Positions 1 to 12,865 of a DNA stretch of 64,000 nucleotides are shown here, in pieces; the stretch's first letter is position 1, and each line of letters opens with the position of its first letter. The stretch spans positions 149,494,755 to 149,558,754 of the forward strand of contig NC_068983.1 in assembly GCF_001194135.2 (NCBI RefSeq), given 5' to 3'. Source of the stretch: Octopus bimaculoides. Taxonomy: Eukaryota. The position numbers were made by a program, and so were the translations under genes. Below the pieces are notes generated by a model. The model did not search any database, had not been told where the DNA came from, and saw only the letters and a list, made by a program, of their open reading frames with translations.

Positions 1-2625
1 GCTGCACCAGGCTCCAATCTGATCTGGCAGAGTTTCTACAGCTGGATGCCCTTCCTAACACCAACCACTCCGAGAGTGTGGTGGGTGCTTTTACGTGCCA
101 CCGGCATGACGGCCAGTCACACGGTACCGTTAACAACCTTGCACAAAAAGGTGTTTTTTACATGCCACCTGCACGGGAGCCAGTCCAGTGGCACTGGCAA
201 CGACCTCGCTCGAATGATTTTCTAACGTGCCACCAGCACAAGTGCTAGAAGGTGACACTGGTAACAATTATGCTCAAATGGTGCTATTTACGGGCCACTA
301 GCATGGAAGCCAGACAGCTGCTCTGGCAATGAACACACTCAGACAGTGCTGTTAGTACTCCACTGGCGCAGGTGCCAGTCATCGAATATGGTTCAAATGC
401 GATTTCGATTTCACTTGCTCCAACAGGTCTTCGCAAGTCAAGTTAAGTGTCCAATGAAGGAGAGGTTGGCATGGGTGCCAGTCATCAGATTCGGTTCGAT
501 TTTGATATCAGATTTCAAATTCACTTGCCTCAACAGGTCTTCGCAGGCAGGTAAAGATACGAATAAGTGAGCTGGCTACACTTCTGGCAGAGGTCACAGC
601 TTATGCTCTCATTTGGCTTGCCAGGTCTTCTCATGTACTGCATATTTCCAAAGGTCCCGGTCACTAGTCATGACCTCGGTGAGGCCTAAAGTTCGAAGGT
701 CGTGCTTCACCACCTCATCCCAGGTCTTCCTGGGCCTACCTCTTCCACAGGTTCCCTCAACTGCTAGGGTGTGGTACTTTTTCACATAGTTATCCTCATC
801 CATTCTTGCCACATGTCCATACCAGCGCAGTCATCTCTCTTGCACACCACAACTGATGCTTCCTAGGTCTAACTTTTCTCTCAAGGTACTTACACTCTGT
901 CGAGTATGCACACTGACATTACACATCCATCAGAGCATACTGGCTTCGTTTCTTGCGAGCTTACGCATGTCCTCAGCAGTTACTGCCCATGTTTCACTGC
1001 CATGTAGCATGGCTGTTCGTACACATGCGTCATACAGTCTGCCTTTTACCCTGAGTGAGAGGCTCTTTGTCACCAGCAGAGGTAAGAGCTCTCTAAACTT
1101 TGCCCAGGCTATTCTTATTCTAGCAGCTATACTTTCAGCGCACCCTTCTCCACTACACACTCGGTCATCTAAGTAGCGGAAGTTATCAACTACTTCTAGT
1201 TTTTTCTCCCTGGAGTGTGGCAAAGGTTGTTTTCTGCACATTTTCAGTGTTTATTGCTCCTGAGTATCTGCCACATACAAAAACTATCTTGCTAGTTAGC
1301 CTTCCTTTGATATTGCTGCACCTCTTATGTGTCCATATCTTACACTGGCTACATCTTATAGAGTTTCTACCTACGCCTTTTCTGCAGATCAGGCAGGACC
1401 ATCTACCTGAAGGGGTTTGTGTCTTGTCTACCTTCCTACCTATTAGGACTTTGGTTTTAGCCAAATTGACTACCAGATAAGGGATCGGGGGACCTTGTCA
1501 AAGGCCTTCTCCATGTCAATGAAAGCCAGGTACAGAGGTTTATCTTTGGCTAGGTATTTCTCCTGCAGCTGTCTTACCAGAAATATAGCATCAGTGGTGC
1601 TTTTCCCTGGCATGAATCCAAACTGCATCTCGTCTAAACTAACTCTCTCCCTAATTAGTTGAGCTATGACCCTCTCCGTGACCTTCATTACCTGATTCAA
1701 CAACTTGACACCTCTGTAATTATTTGTATCTAAAGCGTCAACTTTACCTTTGTAGCAGTTGACTATGGTACTGCTACACCAGTCATTCGGTATGACTCCT
1801 TCATGTATCACGTGGTTAACTATACGGGTGACTAGACTATAGCCGACACTGCCAGATATTTTGAGCCTCTCTGTGGTGATTCCTGATGGGCCGGGGGTTT
1901 TCCCTGTCTTCATACTCTTAATTGCTTTATCTACCAAGGTACTGTCAATTCGGATAGCTGGTCCCTCTGTTGGTTCGACATTCGGCAGACTCTCTTTCTC
2001 CCATTCATTCTCTTTGGCATCTCCAAACCTCTCTCTTTGCAGCCTCATCTAGTGTAAGTGAACCATCATCCATGCGGATACATTTCTCTCCTACGACATC
2101 ATGATTCTCTCTCACACACTGTCTTGTAACACGAAACACCTCAAGTTTTTGGTCCTCACGGCACATAACATTGACGAATTTTTTCTTATCTGCTTCCCCT
2201 CTGGCTAAATAAACCTGTCTCCTAGCTTCTGTTTTGGCAGTCTGATACAATTCCCTGCTACCACTGTTCTTCCAGTCCTTCCAAGCCTGTTTCTTTTCTC
2301 TGATAGCCCTGTCAACAACATTGTTCCACCACCACGTTGCCTTGGGTTGAGAGGGGACTCTGCATCATCCACAGATCTGGTCAGTGGCCTCTGGCAGGTT
2401 GTCCCATAGAAACCTCCAGTTGTCTTCCACATCATGTGATGCTATATCCCCTTCTATTTTGTCAAAGGCTTTGAGTAATACGTCTCTAAATCTCTGTCCA
2501 TTCGCAGGATGTTTGAGCTTCCAGACCCTTCTCCTCCATACTGGTCGTCTTCTGGACATCCATTTAGCCCTGATCCTGAAGTCACTAACTACCAGTCTAT
2601 GTTGTGGGGTACATAAATACAATAG
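1..2625 (-). mobile_element. 5'-truncated, inactivated RTE-clade LINE (endonuclease end, RT, Cys-rich finger, ORF2 C-terminus, long 3' UTR running off the window start)
   Basis: Minus-strand ORF pieces: TPQHRLVVSDF (APE end, 2365-2622); KTPGPSG..NYRGVKLL..QFGFMPGKST..FIDMEKAFDKVP (RT, 1470-2048); YLDD..AWAKFRELLP..YDACVRTAMLHGSETW (930-1241); GRGRPRKTWDEVV (609-812). Frameshifts are present and the QG/YADD segment is deleted near 1467. The 3' UTR (1-600) matches the copy at 60783-61574. Confidence 0.93.
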
Positions 2626-2629
2626 AACT

Positions 2630-2990
2630 TTTGGTATGTTTGTTTGTTAGATTATCCCTATTGCTTATAATTTCAAGTACCTTGAATGAGCATAGGTGCC
2701 ATCCATTTAGAGAAAACCAATTCTAGTGTCAGACCAAGATATTTCGTACAGGATTTCTCTCATTTTTATGTCCCATATCAGTTTAGCGATGGATGTAGAT
2801 TTGCTCTTGCCTGGGTCCTTGAATGAGTGGATATGATTATAAGATCCTTGTGTAAATTGAGACAATGTGGCCCCTATTTAGTGAAAGGTTTCAGTATTAG
2901 TGGTAGTTTTCAAAGTTCCAGTATGAGTGTAAATAGCCAGGAGTTCATGTAGAATACTGCATTTACAATACACTGGCTTTCTACCCTATC
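2630..2990 (-). mobile_element. possible older LINE RT remnant adjacent to the RTE
   Basis: Minus strand near 2700-2760 reads KSCTKYLGLTLE, resembling the KYLG motif at the end of non-LTR RT domains. This is the only motif seen. Confidence 0.3.
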
Positions 2991-3689
2991 AGGACCTACA
3001 ATGTGTGAGTGTGTGTGAGTCTTGACTTGTGTGCTGATTGCAAAGAAAATCACCAGTCATATTAACAGTGTCGTTTATTTGCAGTCTTTTGTGAAAGCAT
3101 GGTAGATGGAAGAAACTGTGTGGAAGCCTGTCATGTTTATGTATGGGAGTCAGAAAGAGAGAACAACTGTTGCTAGGTTGTTTACACTCTTCATACCTTT
3201 GTACTTTATCAAAAAGTGATGGATAGCATAGGTACCAAATTTTAAAATAAATACTGGGGTCAGTCTGTACAACTAAAACCTTTCGAGGCTGTGCCCTGGC
3301 ATGACCATAGTCCAATGACTGAAACAAGTTAAAGAATAAAAGAACACTCATACAACTAATCATGATTAATCACCTAACCCATGCCAGCATAAAAAGTAGA
3401 TGTGAAACAATTATGATGATAAAGTGGAGGAAGATGTATGTGTTGTATATGTATCTGTGTGCTTGTTTACATTTGCACTTCTCCAAAAATTACTGAGCAG
3501 TGACAACGTTGTCATTTCCCCTGTCAACAAGTCATCTGCTGGTTTGTGCCTCCAATGACACGTGGAATAAAAGATTTTTATTTGCAAAACAGGTAATATT
3601 TAGCAACAGGAAGGGCTTTCATCTATAAAAAAACCATGTTTATACTCAATAACACATGGCCTGACGTATTTTTCAGAAGAATGGAAATA

Positions 3690-3950
3690 AATGACACCAC
3701 TTGTATGACAGTGACATTTGTTTACAACTATCATGTGATGTCGAGTCAAAAACACACATACATACATGCATGCACACACACACACACAACTGGCTTCTTC
3801 AGTTTCTGTCTACCAAATCCACTCACAGGCTCTGGTCAGACCAAGGCTATAGTAGAAGGCACTTGCCCAAAGTATTACTGTGAAACTGAACCTGAAGTCA
3901 CATGGTTGAGAATTGAACTTCTTAAAAGCACAGCCATGTCTGTGCCCGCT
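3690..3950 (-). mobile_element. tRNA-derived SINE (abundant family, degenerate copy)
   Basis: Reverse complement of the family seen at 26331-26720 (..ggttcagt..cttgggcaagtg..ctactatagcc..gagtggatttggtag..). Confidence 0.7.
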
Positions 3951-4158
3951 TTGATGAACTCCCCAGTAATGTAACGATAGTAGTTTAGTAAAAGTCACAT
4001 ATCATTAAATTATGTCTATTTGAGGCATAGTTCTTGCAAGCAGATGTTCTTTATCTGACTTGTTTTTCAAGTAAAGAGTCTCTTATTCCACACAGCTTCA
4101 AATGCACAAAGTGATTGGACATTTTGTTGACAGCAGAAGCTGACAACACCACCACCTG

Positions 4159-4159
<1 letters not shown>

Positions 4160-4192
<33 letters not shown>
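4160..4192. repeat. (GT)n microsatellite
   Basis: Uninterrupted GT run. Confidence 0.95.
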
Positions 4193-4193
<1 letters not shown>

Positions 4194-6608
4194 TTTATAC
4201 ATATGCACTCGCAATTTGTGTTGTTGTTTTCTTTATAGTTTTTTTATAGTCTGTGTCTTATTTCATTTGATATTTATTGTATATTTGTGATAATTTAATA
4301 ATACTATATAACTTTTGTTATTGTTGTTGATTTCCTATGTGAATCACTTGTTTGTACCATTTAACACAAATTCACTTGTATTACTTAACGTAGTTGTAGT
4401 CTTTGTTTTCTGTCATTACAACACTGTTGGTCAACTTGTTTAAATAAATGCTTATTGCATATTTATTTGCATTCATATATTATATTCATATCTGAAACTT
4501 CCATTTAATTCTGCATTTACAAAAGGCTGCCTAATTCGACTTTTTTTTTTTTTTTTTCGACATTTCATATTTCCATCATATGTCAGTAGTTTTCATTTAC
4601 ATCTGCTGACATTGTTATAGAATATAGTGAATCAATTACTATATCTATTACAAAACTTCCTTCCTCTAAAGATATATTGATGTACTACAATCAGTTAAAA
4701 CAATACTCAAAATCCTTTTCATCAATTTACAGTAATTAACTTTGATTTGTTGATGCTGATACATCCTATTCAGTCTGTAAATGAATATTATTACTGGTAC
4801 CATAAAGTCAAGGTACATACCTAGCAAACTGACCCAGCTTCATATTCCAGTTGTATCTGTTTCGCTTCAGTTAGTTTTTGTAAAGATATTAGCAACAATT
4901 TATTCCAACTTTACCACACACATGTGCACACACCAACCTGAGGCCAATTGTCCATGTAAGAAGTCAATATTGCTCCATTCAATGACAATAAAAATCTTTA
5001 TGTAGCAATTATATTTTTCCTGTTCAATTTATCTTCATTTAGAAAATGTGTCCTATAAGTTGGATTATAAATTTTAGATGTTTATCTTTTCCAAAAATAT
5101 CAAAAGAAAATATTTCACCAAGTTGTAATTTTTCTGGTGATGATTTATGGCCAAAGATTTGGATGCTTACCTCAACCCCTAGTGCTATTTTGTTTCATTA
5201 TTAGAAGCACTTCACTCTCAAATAGCTCTACAAATAGACTACATAGCTCTAATATGTATGACTAACTACTACTCACCACTATTTATTTGTAATGCTCATC
5301 TCATATCCTTATCTAAGCACTTTTGAGGACTAAATTCCTAGCATTGATGGCAGAGCACTCCAAAAATTATGAACTTATATTCAATGAATAATATATTTGA
5401 GAAAACTATTATTCTCAATAATTTTCATTGTTAAACACATTTGCTGAAGCAGCTATGGATGTAATAATTCAGAACAATTTTAGAAACTTCAGTCTTACAT
5501 CATTATAGCTTTAGGATTGATGTTTTACTGAATAGAACCCTTAAAAATCAGGTTTTGTAATGCTTAATAAAAAGTTTTCTTCTGCTATGTTCATCAAAAA
5601 CATTTTTTAAGAGCATATTTTTGTCAGGTATTCTTCCTGATACTTAATGTATTAAGAAATATCTTCTCATGTTTACTCCTCAAGACAATTTTATCTGTGT
5701 GAAGATATAAAACCTACACTTCTTACTATACCCTATTATTGAAAGTCTGGTGTTTTATCCAAATACCTGATACTGCTTCACCTTTTAATTACCTGACATA
5801 AAGCAGTTAGTGCTAAGAGTATATGTGATATGAATCTCAAGAAGAGCATTTGTATTCTCCTGTATAAGAGGACATAAAATGGTTACAAGTAGTGCTCCTT
5901 CTCTTCCACCTCGGAAAAAAATATGTTTATTCACTAACAGACTCAGGCTTATTAAAATTGACAGAATTTTATGACTTATTTTCCTTGTATTAATGACATA
6001 AAAAAAATCATTAAGCATTTGATGAGTTAAATTTACCAATGTCATATTCAATTACTGCTAATTCTTTTCAGATAGTACTTTCTTATTAAGACATGATTTA
6101 TCTCCTTGTCCTTCGGGGCTTTTCTTAATATCCTTTTGTAAAGTTCTCCATATACCTTTCAAATGGTTACTAGTTTGTCAGGTTTCCTTTGTTTATTTCA
6201 CTAATTGCTATTGCAATACTATCACACTAATTATATCTCAATCATTACTATTAAATCCAGAGGTACATTTGTTTTCAGTAGTNNNNNNNNNNNNNNNNNN
6301 NNNNNNNNNNNNNNNNNNNNNNNNNNNNNNNNNNNNNNNNNNNNNNNNNNNNNNNNNNNNNNNNNNNNNNNNNNNNNNNNNNNNNNNNNNNNNNNNNNNN
6401 NNNNNNNNNNNNNNNNNNNNNNNNNNNNNNNNNNNNNNNNNNNNNNNNNNNNNNNNNNNNNNNNNNNNNNNNNNNNNNNNNNNNNNNNNNNNNNNNNNNN
6501 NNNNNNNNNNNNNNNNNNNNNNNNNNNNNNNNNNNNNNNNNNNNNNNNNNNNNNNNNNNNNNNNNNNNNNNNNNNNNNNNNNNNNNNNNNNNNNNNNNNN
6601 NNNNNNNN

Positions 6609-6735
6609 AACCGGATGGCAACACCAGGCTCCAATCTAATTTGGCAGAGTTTCTACAGCTGGATGCCCTTCCTAACGCCAACCACTCAGAGAGTGTAGTG
6701 GGTGCTTTTACGTGTCACCCGCACGAAAACGGCCA
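6609..6735 (-). mobile_element. RTE 3'-tail fragment, cut by an assembly gap
   Basis: aaccggatggcaacaccaggctccaatct..ggatgcccttcctaacgccaaccactcagagagtg, near-identical to the copies at 48338 and 54317. Confidence 0.85.
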
Positions 6736-7031
6736 CCAAAAAGATTTTATAACATTTTTCTAACATTTTTCTGACATAATTTAAATATATACTTTAACCA
6801 TGTAACACAAGCCTTCTGTAGTTTTTTCACTCTTATTATCTTTTATACATCCAACCACGTGCTTTCACATACCAACTTTCTCACCTATATATATATGTAT
6901 ATATACACATAATGAAAGTACAATTTTTGGTAGTATGTTGAAGGTATTTCACATAATGATGTGTTTATGTTTTGTCTGATTTTTACTCTTATGGTTTGTT
7001 ATATTTGCTATCCTAATCCGTTTTAATTCAG

Positions 7032-7055
7032 GGCGGGTGCTTCTTCAAGTGATTT
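7032..7055 (+). CDS. TPD52: candidate 24-nt cassette microexon of the TPD52-family gene
   Basis: Acceptor ttttaattcag, branch-like tcctaat, donor gtgagt, TGCATG about 25 nt downstream. Read in phase 2 (the phase required by exon 14067) it gives xAGASSSD(L) with no stop. Confidence 0.5.
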
Positions 7056-7563
7056 GTGAGTACTATGGAACAGTGTTGATCTTGCATGTTATGCTCTGTA
7101 GTGCATTTATTTTATAACTCATCAGCTAGTCAGTATAAACAATTTTTTAAAATACATTCAGTGCACATAAAATATTTCCTTTAAAAAATGTCTACAATGC
7201 AGCTATTTCTGCTAGCTTAATAAATAGCTTTCTAGTTACATATGAATTTATGTTTACTGAATTGTCTATAGATTTGGTAAAATTTGTGGATTTTGTATTG
7301 CTATTATTATAAGAGTATTATTATTATTGTTAATATGAAAACATTATGATTGTAATTATAAAAAATATTATTAATCAGTAATATGGCAGATTAATTCAGT
7401 AACTGTATCTTTCTCACTCAAAAATAGGCTTTGAGCCTTCTCAAATTATTATTGCTTTTCATCCTTTCGGAGTCAGATATAAATATCAGTCAAGTACTGG
7501 GGTCAATGTAATCGACTTCCCCCTCCCTTCAAAAACTGCTGGCCTTGTGCCAAAATTTGAAGC

Positions 7564-7564
<1 letters not shown>

Positions 7565-7612
<48 letters not shown>
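7565..7612. repeat. (ATT)n microsatellite, SINE tail
   Basis: About 16 ATT units directly after a SINE 3' end. Confidence 0.95.
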
Positions 7613-10600
7613 GTTTGATATGCAGTGGAGATTGCTGAGACAGTAGTGCACCAAATTAAATGCAATGTAGCATTTAGTTTCATTCTCCTCAATCCCAAAT
7701 TTCAAATCCCTCTGGTCTTGTCCTTTCCTTTAATCCTTCTGTGTGGTGTGGTAGAGGGACAACATAAGAACTACTGATATTTTAGGGTCGATTTGATTAA
7801 TCTATATCTTGCAACCCTATTTTAACATTATTATTAACATGAAAGAAACTATTACTTCAAGTCTGTGACTGGACAGAGTTGAAAATTTTGATCATTTTTC
7901 TAGTGTAGAGTTTGCTGCTTGTTCTGAATTGCATTGTTGAATCTGTTAAAACTCATGAGATGTCAAGGAATTCATTGTGATTATGAATATCCACTTCAGC
8001 CTCCACCTCATGTGGTCAAAATGGGAATGAGTGTTTGGTCAATTCTTACTGAGATCAATTTAGATCTGCAGACTAGACTGCAACTTTGTATAGCTTTATT
8101 TATCAGATTATCATAGTGAGCAGCATTATGTTCTCAGTTTAATATGACCGAAGGATTATGTTGAGCAGTTATTACTTGTGAGAGTGGTCAGACTGACAGA
8201 AAGATCCATGGTGAGAATTACTCCATTGTATTTAAAATTCTGATTGCTTAGAGATAGTAGAAATAGGAAGCTGACAATATGTATAATATTTTACTGTTTG
8301 GAGTTTAAATTCTGATCTACTTGACCTTTCATCTCTCTAAAATCAACAAAAATATTAATACTAGAATTAATTCACTTGATTTTGCCCCTTTACAAAAATC
8401 AGTCATTTATTTAATCTTACCAAATATTATTATATTCATTTCAATATATTATTCACATTTAGCACTTACCATATCCTCAAATGGAGATAGAGTGAAGCAA
8501 AACTAAACAAGGTTGTCAAAGAGACAGTAGAAAGAGACAAAATGAAAATAAAGCATATAACAAATTCATCATTATAATGATTAGAACAGTTGAGTGATAG
8601 ACTAGTAGAGAACTAGAAAAGTTGTTCTCCAATATTTTGAGATTCTTGAGTTCATCTTCCTTTCCATTCTTCTTGCATTGATAAAATAAATACCAGTCAT
8701 GTTGTAAAGCTGATCACATCAACTCAACTCTTCCTGCAAAATCTGTGGTCTTACACTAATGTTAGAAATTATCATTATTATTATTGCTTTCCTTTATTTT
8801 ATAATGTCACTAAAACACTGAAACATCCCAGTTAATAACATTACACAAATGTGCTTTCAATGTTTTGCAATTAAAACCAAATAACATTTTTCTTCTGATG
8901 TAAAGATGAACACTTTGAGCACTTTTACATTTATAAAACTCCATTTTTTTTTTTAAATGTATTGAATTATATATCATATACATATTATTTATTAGTGAGT
9001 TGGCAGAATTGTTAGAGTATCAGTAAAAGTGCTTTGCAATGTTTATTCTAGCTCTTAATGTTCCCAAATTCAAATCCTGTCCTTCATCCTTTTGAGGTCA
9101 ATAAAATAAAGTACCAGTTGAGCACTAAGGTTGATGTAATTCATTTAGTCCCTCTCCTCAAAAAATTACTGACCATATGCCAAAATCCAAATGATAATAA
9201 TTATTATTATTAATTACTATAATTGAATATTTTATATGTAGCCCAAATTAAAATTCTGATATTATTGTTGTTAAGATGAGTGTCAGGCTAACTAATGCTA
9301 GAGCATTAAACTAAGTGCTTTGCAATAATTTTATGGTTGTTCATTCTGAGCTCACTTTCAATCAAGTCACTTTTGCCTTTTCTTTCTCTTAGAACAAGAA
9401 AATGAGTACCAGTTGCTAACTGAGATTAGTTCAACCATCTATGCCTGTTTCCTACAAAAATTGACCTTGTGCTCATGTAAGACATCATTATCAGGCTTGG
9501 TCAATGAGAGACTATCTCTTTATGATGCTTCATCTGATATGAACTTTATACATATTATACTTTTCCCATCCCCCCCTCCTCTTACACATATCTGTTTGCA
9601 GATAGAAATCTTATGTTTTTTAAAGTATACTATTTATGAAAAGGCTGAAATTTCATAGCAGTAACATAGACCAATAACAATTTAAATACCAAACTACTAA
9701 TTTAAGCTCCTCTTCTGATACTTAAGTGGTTTCTCTTACTTTTTTAAATGCAAATTATTATTTTGAAATGTTAATTTTGTTGATCTTAATACTTGTATTT
9801 TCTTTTTTAATTTATTTTAAAATTTTGTTTATAATTGAAAATTACTTTTGTTCTACAGCTTGCATATATTACTCTCCTTCACAAAAAAATAAAGTATGTG
9901 ATGATGTTTCTATATATTAATGAGAATTTTACTCTTATCTTCAGTTCAAGGAGAAATTAAAGTAAAATATAGTAAATTTAATTATGCAAATAAACTTATA
10001 TTTTGTTGTTTTGTTTGTTTTCTTTCTTCCTTGTTCTATAGTTTTTATTGGAAGAATAGGAGTTCACAGAAGTGGTAGCATACCAGACTAAATATATTAG
10101 AATTTTATGACTTATTCCTTCACATTCTCTATTGAATTACATTCAGTGCTTACCTTGTCTTCTGTCCCTTCAAGGTCAATAGAATAAGCACCAAGTGAGG
10201 CATTCAATCAATCTTGATTCTCCTCTTCAACACATAGCTTTGTGCCAATGGGAAACATTTTTGTTACTCATTTTATTACTTGATGATGAAGAGTTTATTC
10301 ATGCCATCATAAAATTGTACCAATTTACAATTACCTTTTTGAGATAATTTTTTCTATGGCTGTAAAAAATTTTGATCTGAAAAAAAATTTTTTGATTTTT
10401 TTCTTTTCCTGATATTTTCTTATTATTCTTTAGGTTTAAACCATTTGCAACATGGGGGAAAATTTGAAATTATTTTTTAAAAAATCATGTGCATTATTTA
10501 TTTATTTAAATTATCAATTATTTGACTTAAATTCATTGAAAAACAATTTGCTTGTTAAGAAATTGATGAAAATTTTATTTTTCTTACATACCTAATAATA

Positions 10601-11378
10601 AAACTCCTTGTTTTCCACGGCATGGTAAGAGGAAGAACAACAGCATCCATGAATTTTTCACAGGAATGCCAAGATTAATAGTGAGGTCATAGTTTGCAGC
10701 AATAGGAAGTAATACCAAGTTTTTTAGTTACACTCTGCCTAAACATCTGATCCAAATGTCCACAAAAAATGTCCCTGCTAAAGGCACTCACAGGCCAGCT
10801 CATTATTTAATTGGGCAACAGGTTAAGTCTAGCTTCTGGAGCTTGTGTTCAAAATGTTACACAGAATCATAGGAAAAGACAATTCTAGTACTTACATGTA
10901 CCTTATATATATATTTTATTGTAAAATAATGTTGACTAGCAGTAATATTCTGGGTGAAAATTCTCCCTTTCAAATAGAAGAAAATAGTGAGTTCAGGGAA
11001 ATGTATTGTTATCAGCAGGCCTTACATATATTTATTGATATAAAGCCTGCTAAGGTAAACTTTGCCTTTCATCCTTCCAATTGATAAAATAGTACTAAAA
11101 ATACTGGGTACAATTAACTTTACTACTCTCCAAATTTTATGGTTTGCTTGCAATGTTAGAAATCACCAATATTGGATTGGCAGCATTTAGAGATAAATAA
11201 TTGAACAAAAGCTCAATAAAATAATCTCAATTACATATTGAGGTCAATTAAATTAGCTTCACTCCTTCTAAATTTGTGACCTTATGTTAATGATAAAAAG
11301 GTCAGTCAATTGGCAGAACTAGCAGCAAACAAAATGTCTTACAGTATTTAGTTATATCTCTTTACAGTCTGAGTTCAA

Positions 11379-11565
11379 CCCATTAGCATTTAGACTAGCT
11401 ATATCCAGCCCATATATTGTTCAAACCAACCAGATCTGGCCTCTCACCCCTTCCCTATAATGTCACATCATCAAAATCTCAAAGCTACAAGATAGTGCAT
11501 GATTAATTCAAAACAATGTGAAAAAATAAGTATTACAATTGACAGAGTAATCTAAATGCTAAAGG
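11379..11565. mobile_element. piggyBac-type MITE inserted into a SINE
   Basis: Termini cccattagcatt..aatgctaaagg flanked by tcaa/ttaa. It is the reverse-orientation relative of 16149-16397 and splits a SINE gagttcaa/atcctgcc. Confidence 0.7.
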
Positions 11566-12636
11566 TTAAATCCTGCCCATATCAACTTTGTCTTTCATCT
11601 TTCTAAGATTGTTAAAATGAATATATTCCAAGTGCTGGCAGGGTCAGTATACTTCACTATATTCCTCTCCCAAAATTTGTCTTATGTTAGAAATTATTAT
11701 TAGTCAACCTCCACTCTGGTTCAACTATCTAGGTCATGCTTTCAAATATGATACAATGCCATTCATATATAAACTAGGATAAATCCAATCAGCTGTAACT
11801 TGCTCCTATAAATTTGTTGCTTCATGCCCTTATAATAAAACAGCATGGAATGTTTCAGTTCCAAGTTTGAAACTCTTTATTATTCCCTTTATATGTCACT
11901 GGAAAAATGCAGACATTATTTCCCATGTCCCCTTTTCCACAAACATGGGGTGTTGCACTTCTGTTAAGAATAATAATTATTTTATTATTATTGTCATCGC
12001 CTTCTCTGACACACAGTCTGTGACCTGTAGAGTGTTTCTGTTATTCTTGTGACTATATTGCAGATATCAGAAAACCTGTAAACAACTGTCTGTTTATGTT
12101 ATTGCAGTGCTCTGGTGATCAATGTTTCTATGTACCTATCTAATAACACAGTACATTTAGGGAGACTAGATCACCTGACATTGGGCTCCTTATCATGTAA
12201 CTCTTCATTGGTATTATTATTGTTATCATTGTCATGGTGTTTACTGATCACTTAGATTACCTTTGATACAATAATTAAGCTACTACAATATGCTCCTATT
12301 CACTATTCCCTCTGTTTGTGTGTCATCATAAACTCATACAACCACACTCTCACACACACCCCTCAATGCAAATTATTGTTTGTGTGGTGTATGTGCATGC
12401 ATGTTTACATATATATAGGAGCAGGTTTGTGGTTAAGAATTTTGCTTTACAACCACATGATCTTTGTTTCGATCCCATAGTGTGGCACTTTGGGGTTGGA
12501 TGAGTTACAAAATGGCATCAAGAAGGGCACCCAGCTGTAGGAAACTGCTACAAGAATCTTATCCAACCCATGCCAGTGTGGTAAAAGCTGATGTACAAAT
12601 TGTGACTATATATACACATACACACATACACATATA

Positions 12637-12865
12637 TCAGGTCATCCCATAAGTTCTGTCCAAATTTTGAATAAAGAAAACAAGTGATCAAATGTTATAT
12701 TTAATTGAAATTTAATCGTCAATGTACTTTCCCTGGTTATCTAGGACTTCCTTCCATCTATTTACAAACTTTTTAATCCCATCAATGTAAAACTCTTTTG
12801 GTTTCAAAGCAAAGCACTCTGAAATGTCAGTTTTGACCTCCTCCTGGCTTGTGATATGTAATGAA
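12637..12865 (-). mobile_element. mariner transposon 3' remnant
   Basis: TA followed by terminus tcaggtcatcccataagttctgtcc. ORF 12712-13014 ends FALKPKEFYIDGIKKFVNRWKEVLDNQGKYIDD, a typical mariner C-terminus. Confidence 0.8.

Larger units (their letters stand above)
7430..11710 (+). mobile_element. cluster of at least 8 same-orientation copies of a second tRNA-derived SINE family
   Basis: Repeated degenerate motif gagttcaaat..ctttgcctttcatcct..ataaaata(a)gtaccag..ggtcaatgtaat..ggccttgtgccaaaat near 7440, 8640, 8995, 9280, 10050, 10970, 11170 and 11300. Confidence 0.7.

Noticed and set aside
4096-4450. Exon-like segments at 4096-4110 and 4134-4157, with a later AATAAA
   Set aside because: The donors are weak (gtgatt, gtagtg), the 4134 segment has a stop in the required phase, and there is no family similarity.
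6205-6763. Long ORFs in the track (also 36189-36636 and 41730-42119 in part)
   Set aside because: They are open only because they run through N gaps. The real coding part of 41730-42119 is PSMF1 exon 2.
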